Positions 40,217 through 54,494 of a stretch of DNA of 64,000 nucleotides are shown piece by piece; positions within the stretch are counted from its first letter, which is position 1; the number at the start of each line of letters is the position of its first letter. The translations under genes were made by a program, and so were the position numbers. A model generated the notes under the pieces. It made no database searches and was not told the DNA's origin. It saw nothing but the letters and a program-made list of their open reading frames with translations. Source of the DNA: the human T2T-CHM13v2.0 reference genome, Homo sapiens; the NCBI RefSeq assembly GCF_009914755.1, contig NC_060927.1; one strand, 5' to 3'.

Positions 40217-40418
40217 GGCATCTTTAAACAGGAACACACATAATGCAACAGTGACATAAAACAAGGTATATAATGATCGGTTGACAAAAATATCATAACC
40301 GGAGACATGAAGATGCTTGACCCTGTATTTCCCTCCAAGTGATAGTTCAATATTTGCTAATTCAGTCTTTGCAGCACCTTTATAGACCATAACTGCTGCA
40401 AATAGCAAGAACTGGCTA
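39716..40418. mobile_element. MER82 (TcMar-Tigger) DNA transposon, near full length
   Basis: gttcccagctgaggtcaaacgagg, ggtctatttagtgccac, gttcaggcatgagttacagagctgttg, ttgctaattcagtctttgcagcacctttatagaccataact match the recalled MER82 consensus. Confidence 0.85.
40159..40210. repeat. (TA)26 microsatellite inside MER82
   Basis: Direct reading. Confidence 0.98.
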
Positions 40419-40644
40419 TAGTTGATAATGATTTCCTTTGAGGAGGATTCACTTACATTGCCTTTCATTGTCAAGAGATAATCTCAAGCCTCTTTGGTAA
40501 GTGGCCCAGGAGCATGGGACAGAGAGAGCAGAGTGAGAATTGCTCAGGGGTTTTTAGGACAGCTGAAAAAAATGATGATTTTCATTGAACAATGACTATT
40601 AATTGAGAATTAGGCCAGTGGGGTAGATCTAAGAGTACAAGTGT

Positions 40645-41010
40645 GCTTCCAACACATTTATTGAGTGCTTTCTCTGTGCCAGACTAGATCTTGGGATTAT
40701 AGAAATGATGTGCACAGGTCTCTGCCCTGAAGGAGCTCATAGTTTTTCATCCTTCCCTCCTTCACAACCCCCAGCACATAAAGTATTGAGTGTGTGCTGG
40801 CCATTGCTGTAGTGCATTATACACATTTGTCCATTTAATCTGCAAAATGACCCTACGAGGAGGTACTATTACTGTTGTTATTTTTAGAGGAAGTCACTGA
40901 GGTCAGATAACTTGCCTGAATTCATTTGGTATGTGGAAGAACCAGGAATTGGGCCCAAACAGTGAAGCCAAGAATACTCAGGCCCTCAACCATGCATCTA
41001 CACTGCCCTT
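40645..41010 (-). mobile_element. L2 3' relic (about 40645-40745) and MIR relic (about 40780-41010)
   Basis: caacacatttattgagtgctttctctgtgccagac; accctacgaggaggtactattact...gataacttgcctga. Confidence 0.7.
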
Positions 41011-44000
41011 TATGGCTGGGGAGACAGATGTGGAAACAAGACAAGAACAATTCCAAGTTGCAGGTGTTCTCTACTGGCAATGCACAGGGGGGCTGAGAAA
41101 GCCCGGAGGAGGAGCCCCAAAGCCAGTCACACCTCTGGAGGCTTCGACAGTAGTAGAAGAGAGAAGGCATGACCTAACGACCTCTCAGCAGAGGAGAGAA
41201 GGCTCAGAGACTCTGAGACTACCCAGACCCCCTGGAATCAGAGTTCTAAACCACAGCTGTACGTGGGCTGTCAGAGGCCCCATGAGGCCAGCCTTTAAGA
41301 AAACAAGCTTTTGTCAAAAAAGATAATCACTCTGGATGGCCTATCCCCACTGAGTGTGATTAAGCGCAGTTTCAATGTACTTTCCATCAGCATTGACTTT
41401 TAACAGTGATTCTCCTGCTGTTGATATGAAATAAAAGCCAGTTTTATCTGGAAAAAAGTAAAACCATCAGTGCTTTGAGTTTTCTTAGGTAAGGGCCAGA
41501 TTTTCATCATTATTCCCACTCCCACACAGAGCTCCTGAAGAGGGAAGTTTGTAAGTCAGCAAGAATATTACATATCAAAGGGACACTCAGGGCTGGCGGC
41601 CTAGAAAAACTAGGCAGATAGAGGCATTTGTGTCAGTGTGAGTCTTCCTCTTGTGATATGATCCGATAAATTCAGAAAGCATCCCTGCACTGGGAAAATG
41701 AGGGTCTAGGGTTCTTGGATCCCTCACTGCATAGTTGTAGCTGGTGCAGACATCATCACTACATGGCCTCAGCTCAGCCAGCTAAGGACAGACCCACTGT
41801 GATTCGTGGGTGCCCTAACAAACCTTCCAGTACTGCACCTGACAGCCTTCAATAGCTCAACATCTGAAACAGAGGTGCTGGATTGCTGAGGGTGAATTCC
41901 CATATCCTGTGTCTGATCTCTCTCTGCACTCAGTATTGGCACACCCCCCATTATCCTGTGATTACCCTGATGGCTGGAGGGAATGGAGAGAAGATGCTAT
42001 ACCTTGAGTGGAAGCTCCAAAGTTCTTACCCATATAGGCGAATGAAACCAATAAAAAGCATAAATGAGCAGAAAATGAAACAAAGTAAAGCAACATTAGA
42101 AATCCCACAGGAACAGTGAGATCCAAAACAACAAAAGAAAACTTGAAAGAATTCATATTATAAGATAGTAGTGGTTGTCTTGATGTTCTTATAAAATTAA
42201 GATAGGATATTCCAATTTCCCTTTCAAGTTTAAGGAATGCCTTGCTTCACAGCCACATTATGTGAAGGCTTAAAGGACATTTCCAATTCTCAGCTACTGG
42301 AGAGCTATTCAAAGATGCATCACTGGTATTCTGTTTACCTATCTATTCCTAAAGCTCATCATTAGCTTTAAATAGGTTGTTCTGCCGCGAGTTGAAGCTG
42401 AATAAATGAAAAAATGTGCCTGAATTTCCACTGGTATGTTTTGGTTTCATCCACCTTGTCTATGCCAGGCATTAAACCTCAGAAAAACTATTGTTGGACT
42501 AATGGTCAAAACACAAAGATCTTGATTAGTCTAAGTGATCATGATCACAGGAAGTTTAAATAGAGACCCAAGCCGTGGGTCCATTGGTTGTTCCACCTGG
42601 CCATGGTGTTAATCAGCAATTTGTCCTTGGCTACATGGCAAGCACGAAAAGAGCTATGGCATTTTATGTGCCAACTCTGGTTGTTAGTTGTTGTCTGGAA
42701 TGCTTTGTTAGAAAGAATGCTAAGGCTGAAATTGGCTCAGTAGAGGACAGTATCATGATCTGTTAGCAATGTCTGCCATGAGTGCTGGCAGAGAGAAATG
42801 GGACAAGTGAGACCTGTGTTTTTTATTCCTGGATTAAAGCTGCAAGATTTGGAAACCAGGTCTACCTGGGAATCCTTAGGTGGGTGAAGAATGGACCATG
42901 TTCCTCCCAGGTTCCCAGGCGGAGTATGTAGTTGGGAGAAAGTGTGTATCTTCCTGTTTGTTATACTATGTTGGTCCCTCCTCTTAACCCACCAAGGTTT
43001 TGTGAGTTCCTATCATCCATTTAAAACCTCATATCTTTCCTTAAAAAGCAGAATGAGGAGAATGCAGCTTGAGGAGAAAATACAGAGAAATGAGATTTTG
43101 GAGCAAGCCCACTCTCTAAAACTACTCTGTAAGGTGTCTCTGATGTAGAATGCCTCTGTCCTAGTCTAACAGTCTCAGTCCACAAACTCCAATTCCTTGG
43201 TCTACTGCAAATCCCCAGGTTTCAGGGCAAGATGAAAGTCTATGGATATTGAAGGAACATTGAAGATTAGGGAGAAAAGCCAAACCTTGCCAAAGCAAAG
43301 AGAGAGATACAGGCAATAGCAATTACTGAAAGGACCTGAAAATAGGTGAACACATCTTTAGCCAAATAGGTATATAGTTATATTCTCAGAGACCGGGCTG
43401 TTTAAAACCACTGTGTTGCCTCTTTCAGACACAAGCCCAGAAGTTTTGCTGTGCCCCAGGCCAGGAGACAGGGAATCTTTGAAAATACAAGGGGAAAACC
43501 TCAGTGATTTCTAGTTTGGTTGGCCTGAGGGAGAGCTGTGCCATCTTTTTGCTACCTCAACATTACATTTGCACTGAAACTTGGAAAGGTGGGAACTGTG
43601 GTATGGCTCAGAACTCCAGCTTAGGAAGGATATAACTGTGAGCAGAAAAGCCTGGAGAGAATTCTCGGAAGACTGAATTCCTAGAAGGCACAGCTATTCT
43701 TGGACTCTGATTCTGTGAAATGATATTATACCCACATTGACATCCATTAGCTCCTGTTATATAAGCTTATCATTTATCTTTAAACACAGGCTACATAAAA
43801 TGGGGAATGAATTGGAGGCAGAGGAAAAAAGGAGGGAAATACATTTAGTGCCAAGCTCTGAGCTTGGAGGCGAAAAGAGCTATCGGGGTGAACCGCTGGC
43901 TGCCCTCACATAGCCTACTGCCTAGTAATAGTAGTCTCATAAGTGCACAGATGACTCTGAGACCCAATAAGAAGGTTCTGAGAAGGACTCTGGGCCTTCA

Positions 44001-44384
44001 GAAGAGGGAGGAATCATCCAGCAGAGGGCTGGGCCAGGAGTACGTAGAGAAAGGAGCAGTGGATGTGTGTGCATGCATTCTTTCACTCAGCCCTTTTACC
44101 AATCATTCGTCCAGCAGTACAACACCCCCTGTTGGGCTGGGGACATAGAAGTGACTGAAGCTCAGTCTTTCCTCTGAGGAAGTTCAGGAAGATCTGTAGC
44201 AGGAGCTTGCCTATGGAAAAACATATACACTTTATAGTGTTATGGGTGCTATAATAGATCTGATGTGCAAGGACACAGGCAGGCAGGACTGGGTGTTGTG
44301 AGCTTTCATGTGGCACTCTGGGGCACATTAGAAAATGATAGCTTTCCCAGGCAAAACATCACTCACAAAAATTTGGCTTGACAA

Positions 44385-44540
44385 ACAGAGGTGTCATTGT
44401 GCAAATTAGGAGAAGAGGTTCCATTCTCCTTCCTGGCTAACTCAGTATCCAGCCACAGTGCTGACTTAGCTAGTGAAGCACTGGAGTGTCCAGTGTCCTT
44501 GTGCAGGGTGCAACCTGCACAACTGTACATGGTATAGTTG
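44385..44540 (-). mobile_element. MER91A-like hAT-Tip100 relic, followed by a MIR (about 44560-44760)
   Basis: ttgtgcaaattagg...ccttgtgcagggtgcaacctgcacaactgtacatgg resembles both MER91A ends. Confidence 0.65.
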
Positions 44541-45579
44541 GCAGTGGGCAGTGGCAGTATATAATCTGTGTCCTGGCTTTGATGCTGTACAACATTACGC
44601 AACCCACTTGCCCTCTCAGAGTCTCATTTCCTCTGTGTACAGGATAGAAACTATAAGGCACCTACCTTGATTGCTGTGATCGGCAATCAAATGAGATAAT
44701 GTAGGTAGTGGTGTTCTGGGCCCTGGAAGGCTCTATATAGAAGTTAAATATTGTTATTCAATAGAGATTTGTTTATTAATTGATCAGGGACGTCTTGAAT
44801 AAATCTCCTAGTGAGTTAACATTCCATAGTGCCTCTTGTCTTCTTGCTTCTCTCACATCTACCTTTTACCATCAGCCACACCAAGTCATAGGCTTACTCC
44901 TTATTTACTGAGAGACCCCTTGTTTTCAGAACTTTAGTTAAGAGGAAGATTTTCCATGGATACAAGTTGGAACTTAATAGTATCCTTTGGGTGGTACCTT
45001 GCTCAGTTTCTTGCAAAACAGGATTTTCTTTAAGAGGACATAGAAAATAAACACTCAAGAAGTGTTTGTCCCCAATAGCTTTATTGGAAAACATTATTGG
45101 GCCAAATGAACCGAGCTGAACATTTGCATTAATTAAATTGACCATAAACCCAGCTTAATGTTTCATTTCACCTTTCTCCTGGCACGATGGTGCCTGAGTG
45201 TTTTGGAACTCAGATACATACCTGCTGGCAGGGATGGCTGAGAGTTCAGCGACAATCAATGTTTGTAATCAAAGAAGATTAGACTTGGTATTAATTAACA
45301 GAAATCTAATGCTCAACACAAATGTGGGACAGAGAGGGCCAAGCCTGTGGCACATTGGTAGAACTGGAGGTAATTAAACAGCCCCTTCTGGAAAGAAAAG
45401 CTTTCGATATTATTGAGTGAACTCTGTGTGCATAGCCCCACTTCTTGAACCGATGGGGGACCACATTATTTATAGGAAGTTATAGGAAGTTGGGACTGTG
45501 TGAGATGTAGCTCCTAAACTGCACCTACAGGGTACTTCTGACCCCAGGGGATTTTGAAGGAGTATTGAGAGAGGGATTA

Positions 45580-45730
45580 CTCCAAGGTTCAAATCCCAGC
45601 TCCATTATTCACTAGCTGTCTGATCCCACCTAAGTTGTATAACCTCTCTGAAGCTTTCTCATTTGGAAAATGACAATCATAACTACACTTATCTCAGAGA
45701 GGTTTTGTGAGGATTTGATGAGGTCTGATA
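45580..45730 (+). mobile_element. MIR relic
   Basis: ggttcaaatcccagctccattattcactagctgt...aacctctctgaag...ttgtgaggatt. Confidence 0.8.
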
Positions 45731-47123
45731 TGGTAGAGAAAGAAAACAAGAAAGAGGAAAAGCGGGCCAGTTTCTTGAGCAAATGTTTGCTGGGCTCCCA
45801 TCTTTAAAGACAGGGCTACATTTAAGCCTCAAAGCCAATATATGTAGTACATGCTATTAAGCCCATTTTGATGAATGAACATGCTGAGGAAATTTCCTAG
45901 TGAATGAGGATGTGATGGCTACCATTAATTGGAGTACTAACTATGTGTCCACTAACGGCTCCTCATTCATTGCCTCTTACCTGTGATACTTGGAACCTCC
46001 TAACACAGGTGAGGAGATGTACACTCAAAGAAGTCAAGTGATATGTGAGAACCCAGGATGGAGGTGGACTCACACCCATATGCACCTGGCCCCAGAGCCT
46101 GGGTTCCACCACACTCTGCCATGTGTTCATTTGCCTGGGTGTGTCTGTGGGAGACAGGATGCTTTGTCAACCACTTTGTCAGCCACTTTTGTAACAAATG
46201 AGACAGGGTCCCTGGTTGGGAGGTGTCTGCCGTCCGGTTGTTAGGGAAGAATTTACAAGCCTGAAACAAGCTAAGAATGGAAAACCACATGTCACCTGGC
46301 CGCAACTCTAGTGCCTCCCATCCAGATGACTCACACATTGGACCAGTAAGAACATGAATCCTCTATATGAGCCTGGTTGTGTGTAGACAGGAGGATGGGG
46401 GAAGAGGGCTGTGGATGCTAGGGTGGTAGCAGGTTCACCTTATAGGTCTGTGGATCTACAATTGGTAACTGTGGTCCAGGAAGTGGCAAGTGCCACAAGG
46501 ACACTCAGCATTTCTGGCGAATTTCCTCACACCCACAGAAGTATTGGAGCTTTATTCTCTCTTGAAAAGCACATGAATTTTACCTAGTCGCTGGTAGCAG
46601 AACTCCGGTACCTGTAGTCCAGAGCAGTCTGTGGCCCCAAGGGAAGACTTGCAGCTCCCTCCCTATCATCATGCTTCTCCAACAGACCTGGGAAGGTGTC
46701 TGCATTTGACCTCTCATTCTAGCATGGAGACAATTTAGCACCATTGGATAGTCTTGCAACAGAGTAATTTAAGAGGGATTACTCCCAAACATCCTCCTGC
46801 TAGATAATTCTTTAGCGGCGTCTCTGGGTGATTTCCTTCCCGGGGAGCCACATAATCACTTTGCACTGGCTCACCAAACAGCTGATGGCTCGGTGCATCA
46901 TTGCTCCCCAGTCAAATGTATTTAGAGCACCATTGCATTCGGTGACCATTCATCTCAAAATCTCTTGGAGGTCACCTCTGCTCACCAGGGTCCCAGACAC
47001 ATGAGATGGCAGAAGCCCAAATGCCAGCTCGTGTTCAAGCAGGAAAGGGCAAGTGGCAGATTATTTGGTGTGCCTCTGTTAGCCCACCTCCCCTCCAGGC
47101 TAATTACTTATGCTACTGAAAAG

Positions 47124-47522
47124 TGTCTCAGTCTGTTTAGCTGTTATAACAATGTTACCGAACACTGGGATTACCCCAGTGTATTATGTACATGGCAAAT
47201 ATTTCTGTTTGTAATGACAGAAATTTATTTCCCACAGTTCTGGAGGCCAGGAAGTCCAAGATCAAGGTGCCAGCGTTTCAGTGTCTGGTGAGGGCCCATT
47301 TCTTATAGATGGCACCTGCTGTGTATTCTCATGTGGTGGAAGAAGAAAAGGGACTGACAACCTCCCTCAGGCCTCTTTCATAAGGGCACTAATCCCATTC
47401 AGAAGGACCCCCCTCTTATGACATAATCACTTCCCAGTGGCCCCACCTTCTAATACCATAACCCTGGTGATTAGCTTTCAATGCATGAATTTTAGAGGGA
47501 CAGAAACATTCAGACCATAGCA
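47124..47522 (-). mobile_element. MLT1A-type solo LTR
   Basis: cacagttctggaggccaggaagtccaagatcaaggtgccagc...ataagggcactaatcccattc...aacattcagaccatagca. Confidence 0.92.
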
Positions 47523-48176
47523 AAAAGACTATGTGTTCATTAGCACATGAAGCTGCTTCTGGACTCAACTAGTTTTAAAAACAAGGAAAGCTCGTGAAAG
47601 TCACACGCTACATGTGCTTGTATAATGCAGACACCAGATGTGTAGGTTCTCAGCTAATGTGCAAAATGTGTTGGCTTAAGCCGATGAACACTGAGCTTCT
47701 ATGATAGAAGTACAAACAGAACCCAATTCTGAATTCTTTAACTTCCTGTCCTATTCTTTCTCAGTTGTGATAATAGCGGTGTTTAGAGCAGCTACCAGGG
47801 CAGTTTCTCAAAATGAATGCCGTTAACTTTCTGCCATTCTGGAATTGGTGTGTGTGTGTCAAGAAGGGGCAATACAAGAAAGAAGCTGGATAAAGGACAA
47901 CCTTCTCTATTTTTATTTTGCTCGTGTCTAGATTCCTAGAAGATCATGTAGGGATATTGGGGGAAAAAACAGTTTTTGAACAACCTAGATCTAGGCTCAC
48001 AGCCTAGCTCCTCCAAAACTGGCTGAATGGCCTTGGGCAAGTTACCTATGATTGCTGGCTGCCGTTTGTTCCTCTTTTATGCCAGACACAGAGTAACCAT
48101 GCAATCTATGGCCATATGCTGTGAATAAAGTCAGCAATTGATATCTCACAGTGTAAATATGAAGACAAATAGATTA

Positions 48177-48540
<364 letters not shown>

Positions 48541-48959
48541 AATCATTAGAATGACTATTTAAACTTTAATATTCAGTATTTTACACCTCATTGTATTGAT
48601 TACTAGATGGGAAAATCATGAAATCTTTAAGGAAGGTTGTGATTGGCAATGTTCCTTTCAGTCCTGGCTTAGTTTTGAAATATGTGAAGGAAGTAGCTCT
48701 TGCAGTGATTATTATTTTGGGTTTCAGATTCCCCATCCCCATGTCCTCTTTGCCGCTGTCACTCAGTGATCATTTGATATATTCAGAGTCAGACAAAGAA
48801 GCACCCAAGAGGAGGGAAGCATCTTCTTCACATTTTTAGGGCAAACTTACTAAAGAGTGACTTTACCTTTGAAGTCAGACTCACCCTAGGAATAAAAAAC
48901 TTTTATTCCTGTGGGTTGGAAGATATACTCATTTCCCTCTTCTTAAAAACATTCATTAT

Positions 48960-49153
48960 CACAACACATACCGGAACCTGTCGGGGGGTGGGGGGCAAGG
49001 GCAGGGAGAGCATTAGGACAAATACCTAATGCATGCAGGGCTTAAAACCTAGATGATGGGTTGATAGTTGCAGCAAACCACCATGGCACATGTATACCTA
49101 CATAACAAACTTGCACACTCTGCACATGTATCTGGAACTTAAAGTAAAATAAG
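48960..49153 (+). mobile_element. Short L1PA (PA7-like) 3' end
   Basis: gggagagcattaggacaaatacctaatgcatgcagggcttaaaacctagatgatgggttgatag. Confidence 0.9.
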
Positions 49154-50789
49154 AATATATATATTTACCATCCACCATGCTGCAAGATGCTTTTCCCATG
49201 TTCAGTTGCTTCTCACAACAATGTTAGAGCTGAAGAAATGAAAGCTTCACAGCTACATGTGGCCTCAGGATGACTTCAGAAATTATATTTTTCTTTATCA
49301 CATATGAATAGGGATAATAATAATCAGGTGCAGAGGAACATCTGTATAAGCCATTGTGTGGTTAAGTGAACCACCGTGTCAGAGCCCCAAGGCCTGGTAT
49401 AGAGTTGGTGCCTAAATGGATGCTAGTTTTTGATTGTCCTCTCCTAAAACCCAGCAAGGGCCTCCTCGTCAGCCAACAGAAGCAATTCCTCAGGGTAACT
49501 CGCCCACTCTACTGACTCATAGTGGTGGATGTCAGAGCATTGGGAAAGCCTTCAAAAAGTTGAATCCTAATAATTTAGTCATAGGAAGGCACTTTGTAGT
49601 TGATCAGTTCATATCACTACAAAGAATGTCCTTACCTACTATGGCTCTTTGGGGACCTGGCTCAATTTCAAAGGGGACAGGACTGGAGCAGCTCACAAAA
49701 CAACAGGGGATGTTTGATAGTTGAACGCACAGAGCCACAGGAATGTGACCATCATCCTCCTCAGGTGACATATGTTAAGCAAAGGTTACAGCTCAGCCTC
49801 CTCCCGGCTCCAGGGAAAGAGCCAGGAAGAGCCTGCCTGCTGCACATGATAACCTCTGAGACAGTGTCCTGGGAGACTTGGCATGGTAACATTGATCTTA
49901 CCACACAGGGCTTGGTGCCTTTTGGCTCCTCCCATGTGCCCCTCATGGGAGGGTCAGAATGAACCATACATCTACTAAGGAAAGGCCACATGGGTTAACA
50001 CTCTGCTTCCTAGATAAGAAAGTATGACAGAGTGACAGAGAGCTCTGGCATTGCTTATCCTGAGTGCCTGGGAAGAGCTCTGACTGAGGACAACCTTGAC
50101 AACAGACCCCTGCTGCTTATGAGGGAGGCTGGACCAGCTCCCCAAAATCTGATGGAAGCCACCCCAACTCTGTCCATTCAGCTAATCTTGATGTTAATTA
50201 TTTGTTTAAATTGGCCCCGTTTTATTTTGTAAAGTTGCCAACCATGAGCCAGCATCTTCAGACAGTAATAGAACAAAAAGGTAGGAAGAGTTATGTTCAC
50301 CTGCTCTGAAAATCCTGGATGTCCGGGGCACTGGGAGAATTGAGACAGGGCAGGTCATCAGGCATGTTGTCCACCAGGTCCAGGGATGGCGCACAGAGTG
50401 GGCAGTTTCCCAGCATTAGTGTAAGTAGCATCTTGAGAGAGGGAAGTGTATCTCTCTACAAGGAGGTAAGTCAGAGGTCTGGGCTCGAGAGGCAGTGGTC
50501 TCATCAGATGTGAAGAAAGAGGAAAGGCTGTCAAGGGTAAAGGCATCACAGGATCAGAGAGAAAAATAACAGGCACAGATCACAAAGCAGAGAGCAAGCG
50601 GGTCAGAATTTAAGCTGGGAAATCAGGAAATGTTCCAGACACTTTGCTTCTGTGCAACAGCCACTTCTGGCGAGCATGGAGGCAGGGAACAGGGTGGGCT
50701 CCTGTGGCTTTAGTCCTCAGTGTTCATCACCTAGTCTCTTCTTTGGAAGACAGCTTTTGGGATCCTGGAATGGCTTTGTCTGTAGTTGA

Positions 50790-51410
<621 letters not shown>

Positions 51411-52244
51411 TAAGAAGCCACCTGACTCTCTACCCATGCTGGTTCATCACTGCAAAAGCGGGTTCTGAGCTCCTGCTGTGTGCTCTGGGTAGCTGTCACC
51501 ACAGTGCTCAGGTCTCACTCCCTTGACACTCACCTCCAGCTAGGAAAGCAGCAGAGTAACTACACAAGCCATGGAGAGTAAGTACAAAAGGGTACAGACA
51601 ATTAATGGAAAGACTGAGGTCAATGTGGACTGTGATGGTTGGTGAGGGCTTCCTGAATGTTACAGGGTTATGCTTGATCTTGAAGGGTAGGAGTTAGACC
51701 AAGGGAGGATTGTAAGCAGGGGCATAGGGTGAACACAGATACAAAAGCAGTGACCAGGTGACTAGCACTGGGGCACTAGTGACCAGCAAAGAGGGAAGTC
51801 CGGCTGCCTGGGCTTTAACATGGTTTGAATAGAGAACCTGGATATAAGCTGCAGAGACCTTGAAAGGGTGGCCTTTCAATTTCCACCCAGAGAGCAAAGA
51901 ATGCACCTTTCTTCTCCCCATGAGGTGTAGCTCCATGGGCATGGGAACAGTGGAAGATGTGAAAGGTAGAGGCTGTTGCTAGTGTCTGGAGAACCAGCCA
52001 ACTGACAACACCTTGCCCATTCACAGGTAACTGAGAATGCATATGTATCCCCTTGGCATGCCCAGTTTGAAGGCCCTGAGAGTCCATTTAACTTCCAGAA
52101 AGCAGTCTTTCCTTTGCTGTTTTCATTTCCATACCCTCTTGGCTCACCTTAGAGCCCACACCCTTCACGGCTCAGTTATGAGTAAGGGTCTAGTGTAAAG
52201 AGAAGGAGTAGAGGAAAGGCAGCCACCATGTGGCCAAGTACTAT

Positions 52245-52820
52245 CTGAGTCTGGCTTTCTCTTGAGACTAGGAATTGAGTGTAGGTGTTTTATTTAGAAG
52301 GTAACCCCAGGAAGCTCCCACACAGGAGAACACAAAATAGGGAAAAGAGAAAAGCCAACCAATGGTACAGTCATGAACAGGTTACTGCTGTGGGTATCTG
52401 GGCTCCATTTCACTGGGGACCCTGTGAGGTATAATTAGGGTGACTATCCTGCTTTGCCTAGACTGATTATTTAGCATCAAAAGTCCCACATCCTGGGAAT
52501 CTCCTCAGTCCTTGGAAAACTAGTATGGTTGGTCTCCAGTATCACATAGAACGTGTATCAAAGGATGGGGGAAGTCAAAGTATTTGTGGACTTCTATTCC
52601 TCATTAGTTGAGTGTGGCCTCTAGAGGTCAGCACTCTGGGCTGCCTTTCACAAGCTATTATGGCACTTAAGAAAGCCTGTAGGCAGAGAAGCAGGGAGAG
52701 GCAGGCCCTTGAGGTAAGAAGCCATCAGCATACACAGGAACAGTCCATACAGTTGCAGACGTGGGCTGAGGCCAGCAGAATCAGTGTGCAAGCAGGATTA
52801 GAGTAGTCTGAGGGGGCTCA
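52245..52820 (-). mobile_element. LTR33-like ERVL LTR with a nested MER81 (about 52436-52540)
   Basis: ggttactgctgtgggtatctgggctccatttcactggggaccct; aggcagagaagcagggagaggcaggcccttgaggtaagaagc; the MER81 starts tagggtgacta. Confidence 0.72.
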
Positions 52821-53841
52821 TGCCTAAGCTCCTCCATGTAATTTGTATTCAAGACTGAGCACGCTAAATTGGATTACAGTAAGTCATAGATGCCTGGACA
52901 ACTGTGGCCTGAATTTATGAGGAAAAAGAAGTAGGGCCAGATATGGTTATGTCTGTTATGAGTACCTGTGATTCTTGAGGTGCTTTGTATATGCTAACCA
53001 TTTCATTGTCTGTGGAACTCTTCAAGGAGGGGATGATGAGATAAATTGCAGGTCTGAGGAGCTGAGTTACTTCCCCTAAGGTCCCTGGCTTTGTTTCTGC
53101 TGGAGAGGTCTGTCCAGCCTCAAAGCCCATGCTCCTTGCTTTTCACATGCTGCCTCCAGTTACCTATTTATCCTCCAGCTATCTCCAGTTGCACTGGGCC
53201 TGAGACAGATTCCTTCTGAATAGTTCTGCAGATGACTGCTCCAAAGAGAGGCTATTGAAAGCCATCCTAGAATTTACTTAGCAATAGCTCACCTTGAAAA
53301 ATAACAAGGTTAAGTCTGAAGAATCTTCTATTCAATTCTGTTGTAATTAAGAGAACTTTTCTGCACTGCATGCTGCATAATTGAATTATACCAACGATTA
53401 ATTTTTTTAAATAATTATTTGTAGATTTGTTTCCCCTACCAGTGCACTTAAAAAAAAATATACTTTGCCACTTAATAAAGCAGATAGATGCTGTAGGAGA
53501 GACAGTGGAGGAGATATTGTTTGCGCTGGGTGGTTCCATCATTACTATTGATTGCACAGTCTTATTATTCACCTCAAAGACACTACAATTAATAGAAATG
53601 GAAATGAAGGAATATCCATGTTCTGTGATGCTTTATTCCAAGAGGAAATAAACAATACATGTAGACAAGTAATAATTCTTTGTTGGCTGTGACAGCAGTG
53701 CTTTCAGAAGAAGGATTAACCTGCATCTTAAACAGGCAGCCCAGGTTCTTTCTGCCAATTCCGAGAGATATTCTCCTTAAAGACCGGCTGTCAGTCAGAG
53801 GCTCACCCCACTGAAGACCTAGCTGCCCCCTGAAGTGTCAC

Positions 53842-54014
53842 AGGCCCGCAGAATCAGTGTGCAAGCAGGATTAGAGTAGTCTGAGGGGGCTTACGCCTAA
53901 ACTCCTCTATGTACTTTGTATTCAAGACTGAGCACTCAAAATTGGATTACAGTAAGTCATAGTTGCCTGGACAATTGTGGCCTGAATTTATGAGGAAAAA
54001 GAAGTAGGGCCAGA
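53842..54014 (+). repeat. Dispersed direct duplicate of 52769-52941 (173 bp, 10 mismatches, no indels)
   Basis: Hand alignment aggcc..gcagaatcagtgtgcaagcagg...gaagtagggccaga at a constant offset of 1073. Confidence 0.97.
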
Positions 54015-54494
54015 ACCAGCTGGTCCTCAGGGTGTTATTCTGAGGTATGCATGGTCCTCACACAGGGCCCCGCCTCTTCTCTACCCTTCTTTCCCAGTGC
54101 TTTTTGCTATTTTTCTCCAGGGCTCAACACTTGAGCGAGCGGGTCCCCACTACTCTTTACAGCTTCTCTCAGGCTTCCCCTTTGCCTGTGAAGCACTTTC
54201 TCTCCTTTTCCCAGGCTCATGGCTGCTCACCCTTCAGAATTTAGCCTTCCAGTAACTCCAGCCCTCCTCCTTCTGGCCTCCTTTCATGGTTCAGCCTACA
54301 AGGCTATGTCACCAGCAGACAATGAATTCTGCAAGGATGAGCACTGTGCGGCTTCATTACATCCCCTGGGCCAGTCCTGGAGGGGAAGATGGCACAGATT
54401 AGTGCCAGGAACTGTCTTTTGACTGGAATAAACTAAAGCAAGCTTGTGCAACTCGCACATCACAGTTACCTCTTTGCCAGTTCCCTTAAAGGTG

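Noticed and set aside
44018-44031. CTCF-like motif CCAGCAGAGGGCTG
   Set aside because: The 3' end departs from consensus, and a single motif cannot be supported without ChIP data
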